Numbered from the stretch's first letter, positions 18,758-27,347 are shown. The stretch: 36,003 bases of DNA from Acetofilamentum sp. (GCA_020720565.1 DYOK01000002.1:1-36003); one strand, 5' to 3'. Translations and numbers: made by a program. The notes: generated by a model from the sequence alone, not told the origin.

Positions 18758-20365
18758 TTATTGCTTTTTAGTTTTAGCTTCGGCCATTAAAAATGCGTTG
18801 TAAGCATTGATAATGCGGCCTGTAACGCTCAATTTGCCAAAAGTGGTTTTGGTTTTTACTTCGGTATCGCGGTTAAACAATACCACTTTTTGTTTGCCGT
18901 AATACGTTCCAGATTCTAACAAGATTGTTCTTAATTCCGAAGCCGTCAATTCTGGGAAATAAGACCATATAAGGGCGGCAACACCAGTTACAACGGGCGA
19001 TGCAAAGCTAGTACCACTGGCTTTGCCATAATTTTGATCAGGCGAAGGAGACACAATGTCGACACCTGGTGCAAAAATATCGACCCCAGTAGCGCCATAG
19101 TTTGAAAAAACGGCCGACATTTTTTTGCCTTTTTTCATATCGTTGGCACCAACGGTAATAATGTTATCTATTTTGCCTTCTGGCGTAAATGCCGTTGGAT
19201 AATGAACATCGGAATCGATATCGATGGTTTCGTTACCAGAAGCTTTTACCATTAAAATATTTTTCGAAGCGGCATAGCGTAGGGCATCCCAAACCATTTT
19301 TTGATTGGGCGAAAATGCTTTTCCAAAGCTCATGTTCATTATTTGAGCCCCATTATCGGCCGCATAACGTATGGCTAAAGCCACATCTTTGTCATATTCG
19401 TCGCCATCGGGAACTACGCGTAAAACCATAATTTCGACCGAATTGGCAATGCCGTCAATTCCTAACCCATTGCTGCGTGTGGCTGCTACCAGACCTGCTA
19501 CCATTGTGCCGTGATCGGCACGTGGACCTTTTACATCGGGGTTGCCATATGGTGTATCGTTGATGTCGTTGACATTATCGCCCACCAATTCGGCTCTAGG
19601 GTCGAAATCCATATTGTAACGAAAGAGTGCTTCTTCTTTAACATGTTCGTAATAGGGTAGAATCATGCTAAGTTCCAGTTTCTTTTGCTTCATTTGTTTT
19701 TGGAAGTCAATCGAAGATTGAATCATTCGATTGGTCGATTCTGCCGCATTGAGTTGCTCTGTGGTGTAAGTTTCGCACTTAAAATACACTTTAAGTACAG
19801 AATCGGAAAATTGAAAATTCTCGACAAAGTTGCTTAAGTTTTTATATTCTTTTGTAATTCGATCGGCTTCTTTTTCATATTCGTTTTTAGCTTGCATATA
19901 CACTTCGAATTCTTCGCCACTGCCAGTTCCTGATGCGTATTTCGTTTTGAGTTGTTTGTAGACTCGGGTAATCTCGAGTGGGGCTTGATTGATATTTTCG
20001 CCTTTAGAATTGCCTAAAAAATTCCAACCATGAATGTCGTCGATATAGCCGTTTTTATCGTCATCAATTCCATTGTTGGGGATCTCGTCGGTATTGATCC
20101 ATATTTGGTCTTTTAAATCTTCGTGTTCGATGTCGGTTCCGCCATCGATTATGGCTACAACAATTTTTTTCTTAGCTTGTTTATCTTTGATAAGCGTGCT
20201 ATATAGTTTGGCCGACGAAGTTCCTATAATTTTTTGATCTTTGGCATCGTAATGCATCCATTCGCGGGCTTCGATAGTAAAGTCATTAGCGGTCTTTTTA
20301 GCTTCTTGCGCCGATGAAAATATCGAAAAGCTCAAGAATAAAAGGGAAAAAAATGTAGCTTTCAT
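18758..20365 (-). CDS. S8 family (subtilisin-like) serine peptidase
   Basis: 535 aa with a signal peptide. Catalytic blocks are AIIDGGTD (Asp), HGTMVAG (His) and SGTSFASP (Ser). Confidence 0.9.
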   Translation of the reverse strand: MKATFFSLLFLSFSIFSSAQEAKKTANDFTIEAREWMHYDAKDQKIIGTSSAKLYSTLIKDKQAKKKIVVAIIDGGTDIEHEDLKDQIWINTDEIPNNGIDDDKNGYIDDIHGWNFLGNSKGENINQAPLEITRVYKQLKTKYASGTGSGEEFEVYMQAKNEYEKEADRITKEYKNLSNFVENFQFSDSVLKVYFKCETYTTEQLNAAESTNRMIQSSIDFQKQMKQKKLELSMILPYYEHVKEEALFRYNMDFDPRAELVGDNVNDINDTPYGNPDVKGPRADHGTMVAGLVAATRSNGLGIDGIANSVEIMVLRVVPDGDEYDKDVALAIRYAADNGAQIMNMSFGKAFSPNQKMVWDALRYAASKNILMVKASGNETIDIDSDVHYPTAFTPEGKIDNIITVGANDMKKGKKMSAVFSNYGATGVDIFAPGVDIVSPSPDQNYGKASGTSFASPVVTGVAALIWSYFPELTASELRTILLESGTYYGKQKVVLFNRDTEVKTKTTFGKLSVTGRIINAYNAFLMAEAKTKKQ

Positions 20366-20535
20366 GTATTAATTATTTTTTGACACAAAAGTAATGATTC
20401 GTTTTAAATGACAACGTTTTTCTTTAAATTAGTTCCACGTATTGCATGCTTGTTTTTTTATTTTTCGATGGATTTATAACCTTTATCGATTATCGTATAA
20501 GTTTTTAATATCTTTGCCCACAAATTTATAAATAC

Positions 20536-21297
20536 ATGGAATTAGAAATTATTTTAGCACTGCTCACTTTAGTGGGCTTAGAGGTGGTACTTGGAATAGA
20601 TAATATTATTTTTATCTCAATTTTAGCAGGTAAACTACCCGAAAATCAACGCAAAAAGGCGGTTAACTATGGTCTGATTGTAGCCATGATAAGTCGCTTG
20701 GTTCTCCTAAGTCTCATTTCGTTAATTATGAGGTTAAAGAACGACTTGTTTGTGCTTTTTGGAGAAGGATATTCTGGAAAAGACCTGATTCTGATTGTGG
20801 GCGGATTGTTCTTGCTTTATAAGAGTGCTACCGAAATTTACCATAAAATGGAAGGGGAAGAAGGTGACCAAACCAGAGATATTAAAGCCCGAGGTTTTGC
20901 CAATGTAATGCTTCAAATTTTAATTATGGACATGGTCTTTTCGCTCGATAGCATTATTACCGCTGTTGGCATGGTGTCGCATTTATGGGTCATGTATGTG
21001 GCCGTTATTATTTCGGTCGGAATTATGTTGTTTGCGGCCAATCCTATTGCAGCATTTGTCAACAGGCACCCTGCTTTTAAAATGTTAGCTTTGTCGTTTT
21101 TGCTACTGATTGGGTTCTCGTTGGTAGGCGAAGGTTTTGGTGTTCATATCCCCAAAGCGTACATTTATTTTTCGATGTTCTTCTCGTTATTGGTCGATGT
21201 GCTTCAGATGCAGATGAGCAAAAGAAATCAAAAGCCAGTAGAATTGCACGAACATTATACCGATAAAGAAGTCGACGAATTTATCAAAAATGATTAG
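20536..21297 (+). CDS. TerC family integral membrane protein
   Basis: 253 aa. LEVVLGIDNIIFISI and DMVFSLDSIITAVGM paired TerC motifs, with multiple TM helices. Confidence 0.85.
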   Translation: MELEIILALLTLVGLEVVLGIDNIIFISILAGKLPENQRKKAVNYGLIVAMISRLVLLSLISLIMRLKNDLFVLFGEGYSGKDLILIVGGLFLLYKSATEIYHKMEGEEGDQTRDIKARGFANVMLQILIMDMVFSLDSIITAVGMVSHLWVMYVAVIISVGIMLFAANPIAAFVNRHPAFKMLALSFLLLIGFSLVGEGFGVHIPKAYIYFSMFFSLLVDVLQMQMSKRNQKPVELHEHYTDKEVDEFIKND

Positions 21298-21320
21298 TCT
21301 TTAGGTATTAAAGATATTTT

Positions 21321-21352
21321 AACGACGTCCATATAAAGAGCGTCGTTTTTTT
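21321..21352 (+). terminator. Rho-independent terminator
   Basis: AACGACG (21321-21327) pairs with CGTCGTT (21341-21347) and is followed by TTTTTT. Confidence 0.65.
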
Positions 21353-21440
21353 GTTTATCCTTAAATTCCCAAGTGTTTTTGTAAGTGCTTGATGGAGAGA
21401 ATACCCAAGGCGTGTCGCTTGTCCCAGTCAGGAGTTTTTA

Positions 21441-21585
21441 ACAATAGTTCGTTAAAGTATTGTACTAATAATCAATAGATTGCTTCACTCTGGATGCAAT
21501 GACGTAAAATGCTGAAAATTAAAATTATCGTCATTGCGAAGGTTGATAAACCTGAAGCAATTTTAAAAACTTAACGAACTATTGT
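21441..21585. repeat. 145-nt nested imperfect palindrome (extended hairpin; MITE-like or structured RNA)
   Basis: Three concentric perfect arms. ACAATAGTTCGTTAA (21441-21455) pairs with TTAACGAACTATTGT (21571-21585). ATTGCTTCA (21479-21487) pairs with TGAAGCAAT (21553-21561). GCAATGACG (21496-21504) pairs with CGTCATTGC (21529-21537). Confidence 0.75.
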
Positions 21586-21680
21586 ATTAAGATAAAATAT
21601 TGATAAATAGCCAGTTACAAAACGGCCGGCGGTAGCCAAAGAGCAGGGCTTTCGCCGAACCAAATTGATTCACCGCTCTT

Positions 21681-21711
21681 CAAAATTAAATTTTCTTTTT
21701 CAAACAGCAAA
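21681..21711 (-). promoter_or_regulatory. Orphan Bacteroidota-type promoter facing a GC-rich non-coding segment
   Basis: Minus strand: TTTG (21708-21711), 19 nt, then TAATTTTG (21681-21688). There is no ORF downstream. Confidence 0.45.
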
Positions 21712-21748
21712 AAGCCCCTCCTTGTGGCTTGGGTGTTGTTAGTAAACG

Positions 21749-22270
21749 TTATTCAATCAGGACTTTTAAATTTTTTCCTAATCCTGCTTCAACTATTTTC
21801 CTGAAAGTTGACATTTCCAAGTCCGTTTTATTATTTTCCAGTCTCGAGATATAAAACCGTGTTGTTCCACTTCTCTGAGCTAATTGAGCTTGTGTCAAAC
21901 CAGCTTTCAGTCTAGCGGTTCTAATTAAACTTCCAAATCTTGACTTCGAAACAATATTCAATTCTTGACTCAAGTTATATAACACATCTGCACCAATTTC
22001 GTACGGGTAGACTTCAACTTCACCGTTTTCATTTTTAATCTTAATCTCAATATTAGGCCATGAGAGTGTGAAGTTTCTTAAAGTAACCTTTTTAAACTCT
22101 GTTGGGTCGAGTAATGGATATTCAAAATCGTTTTCTGATACTAGCCAGTCATTAAAAATTTTTTGAAAGTCGAACAACCTACTTTCTCCGTTATTAAACA
22201 TACATTGTATTTGAAAGCCTTGCACTTTCTCGATTTTAATAATTCTAGGTATTTTAATTTTTTGTCTCAT
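21749..22270 (-). CDS. DUF2442-like domain fused to a C-terminal XRE-family helix-turn-helix
   Basis: 173 aa. The N-terminal ~100 aa resemble DUF2442 (IIKIEKVQGFQIQCMFNNGESRLFDF...). The C-terminal LTQAQLAQRSGTTRFYISRLENNKT is a classic HTH_3 motif. The start overlaps the upstream stop (ATGA). Confidence 0.7.
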   Translation of the reverse strand: MRQKIKIPRIIKIEKVQGFQIQCMFNNGESRLFDFQKIFNDWLVSENDFEYPLLDPTEFKKVTLRNFTLSWPNIEIKIKNENGEVEVYPYEIGADVLYNLSQELNIVSKSRFGSLIRTARLKAGLTQAQLAQRSGTTRFYISRLENNKTDLEMSTFRKIVEAGLGKNLKVLIE

Positions 22271-22500
22271 GGCCTTGGATTTAATTGTTTAAATACTTCC
22301 AACAAATAATTCTTGTTTTTCATAGCCCAATCTATCACCTTCTTTCTTTGCGTTTTTGGAACATAACCCACGTAAGTGTTCAGCGTTTCAATTACAATAA
22401 GTTCTTCGTATTCAGCGAAGAGTATGTGAAAATGAGGTGGAAGATGTTCCCTAGAATAAATGTCAATTTTAATTGAGTCTATGTTTTTTATTGTCGGCAT
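22267..22500 (-). CDS. DUF4160 domain protein
   Basis: 77 aa. IKIDIYSREHLPPHFHILF matches the DUF4160 signature (..E..PPH.H). It is translationally coupled to the DUF2442-HTH gene. Confidence 0.75.
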   Translation of the reverse strand: MPTIKNIDSIKIDIYSREHLPPHFHILFAEYEELIVIETLNTYVGYVPKTQRKKVIDWAMKNKNYLLEVFKQLNPRP

Positions 22501-22520
22501 CTTATTGTCTAGTTAGATAA

Positions 22521-22551
22521 CAAAGATAACTACTTCTTTATACAATGTCAA
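22521..22551 (-). promoter_or_regulatory. Promoter of the DUF4160/DUF2442-HTH pair
   Basis: Minus strand: TTG (22549-22551), 20 nt, then TATCTTTG (22521-22528), about 20 nt upstream of the ATG. Confidence 0.55.
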
Positions 22552-22692
22552 CTTTCTAACCTTTTTCTTGTTGAACATATTCCTGTCGGGAAGTCAATGA
22601 TACTATTTGCAAGTTTATGAAAATGATTTTTAGTTATTTTTAAAATTCAGGGTGCCTTTGCGTTATATGTCACAAAATGTTTGTTAACAAAC

Positions 22693-22712
22693 AAATAGGT
22701 CAAAGACCTTAA
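22693..22712 (-). repeat. Copy of the palindromic motif at a gene 3' end
   Basis: The plus strand reads AAATAGGTCAAAGACCTTAA. The TTA at 22709-22711 is the stop of the SPOR gene. It abuts a perfect 16-bp palindrome TGTTTGTTAACAAACA (22678-22693). Confidence 0.65.
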
Positions 22713-23521
22713 TTCTGATTGGCAAGCCGATAGGCTTTGGCTAAATCGATGGCTTGGTTTTTATAAAACACCACTAAAAAAGCCCCTTGAATACCACATT
22801 TCGACTGAAATCCGACCGCCTCTTCGTAACTTTTAAATGGCCCAACGGTATATTTGAACCATTGATCGGAATGGTGCATGTCGGGTTTTGGTTTTAAATT
22901 GCGGTATACTTTTCGACTATCAATTTCGGTTTGGAACGCACCAACTTGCACCCTAAATTGAAGCTCGGTTTGTTTTTTATCTTTAATAAGCTCGGCAAGT
23001 CCACTCAAACTTAAACTCAAACTTGTGTTAGGTGCTGATTTCCGTTGAACAAACGATTCGGCAGGACGCACTTGCCATACAGTACGCATGGTTTGGCTTA
23101 GTTTGTTATCGCCTTTGACATAATGGAAATGGCTTAACATGGTGGTTTGCGAGACTCCGTTTTTGGGCACGTAGATTTGATATGTAATTTTAAACGAAGT
23201 GCTGTCGGGGAGGTCGATCCAGACGAATTTGGCAAGGCCATCGTCTTTAATAAAATTGGCTCCAGCGGTTTCTAGCCCTCTTATGGCAAATCCTTTTGGA
23301 ATTTCGATTTCGTATTTTGCGAAGCCTTTGATGTCTTGTTTGTTAAATTCGATCTCAATAATGTGAGAGCCGCCAGCTTTTAGCAAACTAGGTTGTTTAA
23401 CTAGCAAACTGACATCGCCTTGTGCCAAAGACACAAAAGCACTAAAAACCGACATTAGAATGCCGATTAAAAACAGATTGGTTGAGGTTTTCATACGTTG
23501 ATATTTATTGACCCAAATCAA
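22709..23521 (-). CDS. SPOR domain-containing secreted protein
   Basis: 270 aa. The TTG start precedes a signal-like segment (an internal ATG 9 codons in is also possible). The C-terminal FRVQVGAF....YTVGPFKSYEEA...GAFLV pattern is typical of SPOR domains. Confidence 0.65.
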   Translation of the reverse strand: MIWVNKYQRMKTSTNLFLIGILMSVFSAFVSLAQGDVSLLVKQPSLLKAGGSHIIEIEFNKQDIKGFAKYEIEIPKGFAIRGLETAGANFIKDDGLAKFVWIDLPDSTSFKITYQIYVPKNGVSQTTMLSHFHYVKGDNKLSQTMRTVWQVRPAESFVQRKSAPNTSLSLSLSGLAELIKDKKQTELQFRVQVGAFQTEIDSRKVYRNLKPKPDMHHSDQWFKYTVGPFKSYEEAVGFQSKCGIQGAFLVVFYKNQAIDLAKAYRLANQN

Positions 23522-23704
23522 GAAATTGTGCAGTGAATCAAAGCAATATTTAAGAGTGGATAAGCCAAAAGATATTAAATGTTACTATTTTTCAATACCT
23601 TGTGTGAAAAATGCAATATTATTCTTTTCGTATCACTAAGCAATCAAAAGCACTGCTGCAATTTAGTATTTTTTTAACTAATTTTGCAAATAAAAAACAA
23701 TTAG

Positions 23705-24256
23705 ATGGTTTTACCGATTTATGTATATGGACACCCTCTTTTAAGAAGGGTTTCGCAGAAAATTGATCGTTCGTACGAAGGCTTTGATCAGTTTATGGTC
23801 GATATGTGGGATACCATGTACAAAACCGATGGTATTGGCTTAGCTGCACCACAAATTGGTCGCTCAGTACGTGTGTTTGTGATCGATGCCGATGCCATGA
23901 GCAAAGAGTATCCCGAAGGCAAAGATTTTAAAAGGGCATTTATCAATGCCGAAATGGTCGAAGAAAGTGGCGAGCCCTGGTTGTACAACGAAGGATGCTT
24001 GTCGGTGCCCAATATTCACGAAGATGTTAAAAGGCATTCGAAAATTAAAATCAACTATTACGATCAGGATTGGAATTATCACGAAGATGAGTTCGATGGG
24101 ATTATTGCCCGAATTATTCAACACGAGTACGACCACCTCGAAGGGAAATTCTTGACCGACCGCCTTTCGCCATTACGTCGTCGATTGTTGGGCAGTAAAC
24201 TAAGTGCCATATCTAAAGGCAGTATAAGTGTAAAATATAGAATTGTAACACCTTAA
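23705..24256 (+). CDS. def: Peptide deformylase
   Basis: 183 aa. GIGLAAPQIG, EGCLSVP and HEYDHLEG motifs. Confidence 0.95.
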   Translation: MVLPIYVYGHPLLRRVSQKIDRSYEGFDQFMVDMWDTMYKTDGIGLAAPQIGRSVRVFVIDADAMSKEYPEGKDFKRAFINAEMVEESGEPWLYNEGCLSVPNIHEDVKRHSKIKINYYDQDWNYHEDEFDGIIARIIQHEYDHLEGKFLTDRLSPLRRRLLGSKLSAISKGSISVKYRIVTP

Positions 24257-24268
24257 AATCATTACGAT

Positions 24269-24817
24269 ATGACAAAATATTATGTATGGATGGCTGTGGG
24301 TTCCTTTATTTTTTTGTCGGCTTGCCATTCGACAGGTCCAAAAAAAAGTGATAGAGAATTGGCAATAGAAAAAATTACCAGTTTCGAAAAAAAAGTGTTT
24401 AACGACAGTACCTCTTCTTATTCGCACGAACATGCGCTTAAAGTAATTGGCGAATACTCGAAGTTTGTTAAAGACTTTCCGCAAGATAGTTTGTCGCCAA
24501 AATATTTGTATATGTCGGGTCAGTTAAGTAAATCGATTAACATGCCAGCCGATGCCATACGTAAGTTTCAGGCTTTAATTACTCAATATCCCGATAATCG
24601 GAATGCCTCTAAAGCCTTGTTTTTGACTGGCATGATATACGAAACAGAGCTTAAGGATACCATGATGGCACGCCAAGTATATACCGATTTTATTGTAAAA
24701 TATCCTAACGACGATTTGGTTGACGATGCTAAATTCTTGATTCAGAACTTAAGCCTTACCGATGAACAGCTGATTAAAATGTTCGAAGAAAAGAATAAGC
24801 AAACCGTTCAAAAATAA
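24269..24817 (+). CDS. Tetratricopeptide-repeat lipoprotein
   Basis: 182 aa with a lipobox (FLSA/CHS) and TPR-like helical repeats (..ALFLTGMIYE..., ..YTDFIVKYPNDDLVDDA). Confidence 0.55.
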   Translation: MTKYYVWMAVGSFIFLSACHSTGPKKSDRELAIEKITSFEKKVFNDSTSSYSHEHALKVIGEYSKFVKDFPQDSLSPKYLYMSGQLSKSINMPADAIRKFQALITQYPDNRNASKALFLTGMIYETELKDTMMARQVYTDFIVKYPNDDLVDDAKFLIQNLSLTDEQLIKMFEEKNKQTVQK

Positions 24818-24877
24818 GAGCGAGCGATGATTAGCTTTTAAAGAACAATTCTTTGTTAAACTTTTCAAACGTTTTGA

Positions 24878-25441
24878 TTATTTGATATTTAAAAAATCTT
24901 TTATCAATAGAGCCGTTTGCTTGACTGCTGCTTCTAAATGTTCGTTAACCACCACATGGTCGAACAAATGAGCTTGCGATATTTCGAGTTTGGCTTTGGC
25001 CACGCGTTTGGCAATGTTTTCTGGAGCGTCGGTTGCACGGGCATATAAGCGGCGTTCGAGTTCTTCGACCGAAGGCGGCATGATAAACAGAGCCAATGCT
25101 TTGTCCCCAAATATCTTTTTTAAATTAAGTCCGCCAGCTATGTCAATGTCGAATATTACATGGTTGCCGTTTTTCGAAATTCGGTCGAGCTCCGTTTTAA
25201 GTGTGCCGTAATAATGGTTTTCGTAAACTTCTTCCCACTCGATGAATGCGTCATTTTTAATATGATTTTGAAAGGCTTCGGTACTTAAAAAATAGTAATC
25301 TTTACCGTCAATTTCGCCTGTACGTGGCGCTCTATTGCATGCCGAAATCGAAAATTCTAAGTTCAAGTTTTGGGTCATCAATTGGTGAATAATGCTCGAT
25401 TTCCCTGCCCCCGATGGCGCCGATAATATAATGAGTTTCAT
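24878..25441 (-). CDS. gmk: Guanylate kinase
   Basis: 187 aa. P-loop SAPSGAGKSS, plus the EIDGKDYYF and EWEEVYENHYYGT blocks. Confidence 0.95.
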   Translation of the reverse strand: MKLIILSAPSGAGKSSIIHQLMTQNLNLEFSISACNRAPRTGEIDGKDYYFLSTEAFQNHIKNDAFIEWEEVYENHYYGTLKTELDRISKNGNHVIFDIDIAGGLNLKKIFGDKALALFIMPPSVEELERRLYARATDAPENIAKRVAKAKLEISQAHLFDHVVVNEHLEAAVKQTALLIKDFLNIK

Positions 25442-25453
25442 GTGTTTGTAATT

Positions 25454-25482
25454 AGCCCCCCTAACCCCCCGAAGGGGGAATA
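25454..25482. repeat. GC-rich palindromic extragenic element
   Basis: AGCCCCCCTAACCCCCCGAAGGGGGAAT with hairpin CCCCC-GAA-GGGGG (25466-25478). It stands out against the AT-rich background and lies 13 nt upstream of the gmk start. Confidence 0.7.
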
Positions 25483-25579
25483 GAACGTGGTTTGTTTATG
25501 TGTTTATTTGTTGAGTTAATTCTCTTACCCCTTTAATCTTTCATCGTTAATAAACAATTCAAAATTCATAATTCAAAAT

Positions 25580-26146
25580 TCACAATTTCTTTACCTCTTC
25601 GAAAAAATGAACAACTTTTATTTTTTCGTTTCCTTCTGGGTCTCTATAATGTAGTTTTTGCTCGCGATATTTGGGCGTAATATAATAAGGTAAATAGATT
25701 CCTGCCAAAACAAACGCCAAGGCAATGGGGATGATAAGTAGTAGAGCATAATTCGAAAGACCAAACCCGTTTTGAAAGTCTTGATGAACTAAAATGGTAA
25801 ACGAAGAGGCTAAAGCAGTGCTGCCAAAAAGATTATTGAAATAATAGTATTTGAACTGCTTTTGAGCTACGATATAAAGTAAAAAAGCGAGCATAATCGA
25901 AACAAAAGGGGCTTCGAAAATGCTGTATATTGTCACCAAAAGAATCAAACCTAAAAAAAGGGTATTCCAAATGCCGTATTGTTTTAATTTGTCAGGGCTT
26001 GCGGTGTATCGCACAATTTGGGCTATCTCGAATCGGGACTTGTATTTTTCGACCAATTCGTCGTAAACAGTCTGTTTGGTTTGTCCCGAATTAATTAGTT
26101 TTAGAGCTTCTGCTTTTACTTTTTTCTGGTCGAGCTTCGATTTCAT
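25580..26146 (-). CDS. Hypothetical membrane protein
   Basis: 188 aa with four hydrophobic helices after a charged N-terminal segment. It lies between yicC and gmk on the same strand. Confidence 0.6.
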   Translation of the reverse strand: MKSKLDQKKVKAEALKLINSGQTKQTVYDELVEKYKSRFEIAQIVRYTASPDKLKQYGIWNTLFLGLILLVTIYSIFEAPFVSIMLAFLLYIVAQKQFKYYYFNNLFGSTALASSFTILVHQDFQNGFGLSNYALLLIIPIALAFVLAGIYLPYYITPKYREQKLHYRDPEGNEKIKVVHFFEEVKKL

Positions 26147-26152
26147 TGGGTT

Positions 26153-27028
26153 TTACAAAATATTAAATGTTTGTTCTTTGATTTTTTCGAGTTCGTCTTT
26201 CATTTCGACTACAATTTTTTGCAAAATGGCATCGTTGGCTTTCGAACCCAGTGTGTTTATTTCTCGTCCTAGCTCTTGAGCAATAAAATTTAGTTTGCGA
26301 CCCGCTTCTGGGTCGGTTTTCATGGTTTCGATAAAATATTTGCAATGCGTTTGCAAACGAAGTTTTTCTTCGGTAATATCAAATTTTTCGATGTAATAAA
26401 TCAGCTCTTGTTCGAATCTGTTGTAGTCGATTTTATCGGTTTCTGTCACTTCGGATAAACTGCGTTTGATACGTTCTTTGATGCGTTCAATGCGTTCTTT
26501 TTCGGGGATATCGACTTGACTCAACAGTATTTCTATTTTTTGGATGCGATTTTGAACCTCTTGCTGTAAAATAACCCCTTCTTGGCGACGGAAATTGTTC
26601 ATTTGATCGATAGCCAAATTAAGATGCTCTACAAATCCATTCCACTCAGCTTCGTCGAGCGATTCTTTTTCGGGGACAATCACGTCGGGTAATCTTAGCA
26701 CAGCTTGCAGAGCATGCCCATCGATATTTAAATTGGTGGTTTTTACTGCCGCTTCAATTTGTTCGAGATAGTGTCGCAATGCGGTTCCGTTGATCGAATT
26801 ACTGCCTCCACCTTTCAAATATTCGACCGAAATTAGGACGTCCAATTTCCCACGCACCAATCTGTCGGTCAGTTCTTTACGGATCAAGGCTTCTTTGTCT
26901 TTTAAAAGGCCAGGAACCTTAAACTGTATGTCCATTTGTTTGCTGTTCAAACTGCGAATCTCAATCAAATAAGATTTGTTTTGGATGGTAAATTGACTTT
27001 TTCCAAAGCCAGTCATGGATTGTATCAT
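26153..27028 (-). CDS. yicC: YicC/YloC family protein
   Basis: 291 aa. MIQSMTGFGK start and the C-terminal QELGREINTLGSKA block. Linkage with gmk is typical. Confidence 0.85.
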   Translation of the reverse strand: MIQSMTGFGKSQFTIQNKSYLIEIRSLNSKQMDIQFKVPGLLKDKEALIRKELTDRLVRGKLDVLISVEYLKGGGSNSINGTALRHYLEQIEAAVKTTNLNIDGHALQAVLRLPDVIVPEKESLDEAEWNGFVEHLNLAIDQMNNFRRQEGVILQQEVQNRIQKIEILLSQVDIPEKERIERIKERIKRSLSEVTETDKIDYNRFEQELIYYIEKFDITEEKLRLQTHCKYFIETMKTDPEAGRKLNFIAQELGREINTLGSKANDAILQKIVVEMKDELEKIKEQTFNIL

Positions 27029-27039
27029 GTTTTATACAG

Positions 27040-27063
27040 TTAATGGCCTACAGACCCGTTTAT
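27040..27063 (+). repeat. Degenerate copy of the palindromic motif (GGCCTACAGACC variant) upstream of a gene start
   Basis: TTAATGGCCTACAGACCCGTTTAT. It shares the GGCCTAC..GACC variant with the copy at 6116-6134. Its TTAA end is 11 nt from the yicC ATG. Confidence 0.4.
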
Positions 27064-27347
27064 AATGAAGTGGTGGAATTTTAAAAATAAAAAATAACTT
27101 AGGAAAGGCTGTATGATTAAATTAAATGTTTGTTTTGATAAAAAACGTTAATAAATTCAGAATCCACCGAAACTTTCCTATTTTTGAACAAATTTAACAA
27201 TTATAGCTCAAACAAACACTATTTCTGAGTTTACAAGACATGTTTTTTTGAATTAATAGCATGAACTTCCCCTTGAAATTTGCCTAAGCGTGACATGTAA
27301 AAATTCAAAGAAAATGTATCTTTGTTGCTTGGTAAGACACACAAGTA

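Noticed and set aside
20366-20535. yybP-ykoY (manganese) riboswitch upstream of the TerC-family gene
   Set aside because: No GGGGAGUAG-type conserved core or four-helix arrangement is visible. Only a TATCTTTG -7-like box at 20509-20516.
21392-21478. 28-codon ORF (MERIPKACRLSQSGVFNNSSLKYCTNNQ) in the non-coding region after the TerC gene
   Set aside because: It is short, has no promoter-like motif and runs into the left arm of the nested palindrome. There is no support for it as a gene.
21298-22708. Genomic island or mobile element carrying the DUF4160/DUF2442 pair
   Set aside because: No integrase, transposase, flanking direct repeats or tRNA attachment site could be identified. Only the hairpin element hints at mobility.
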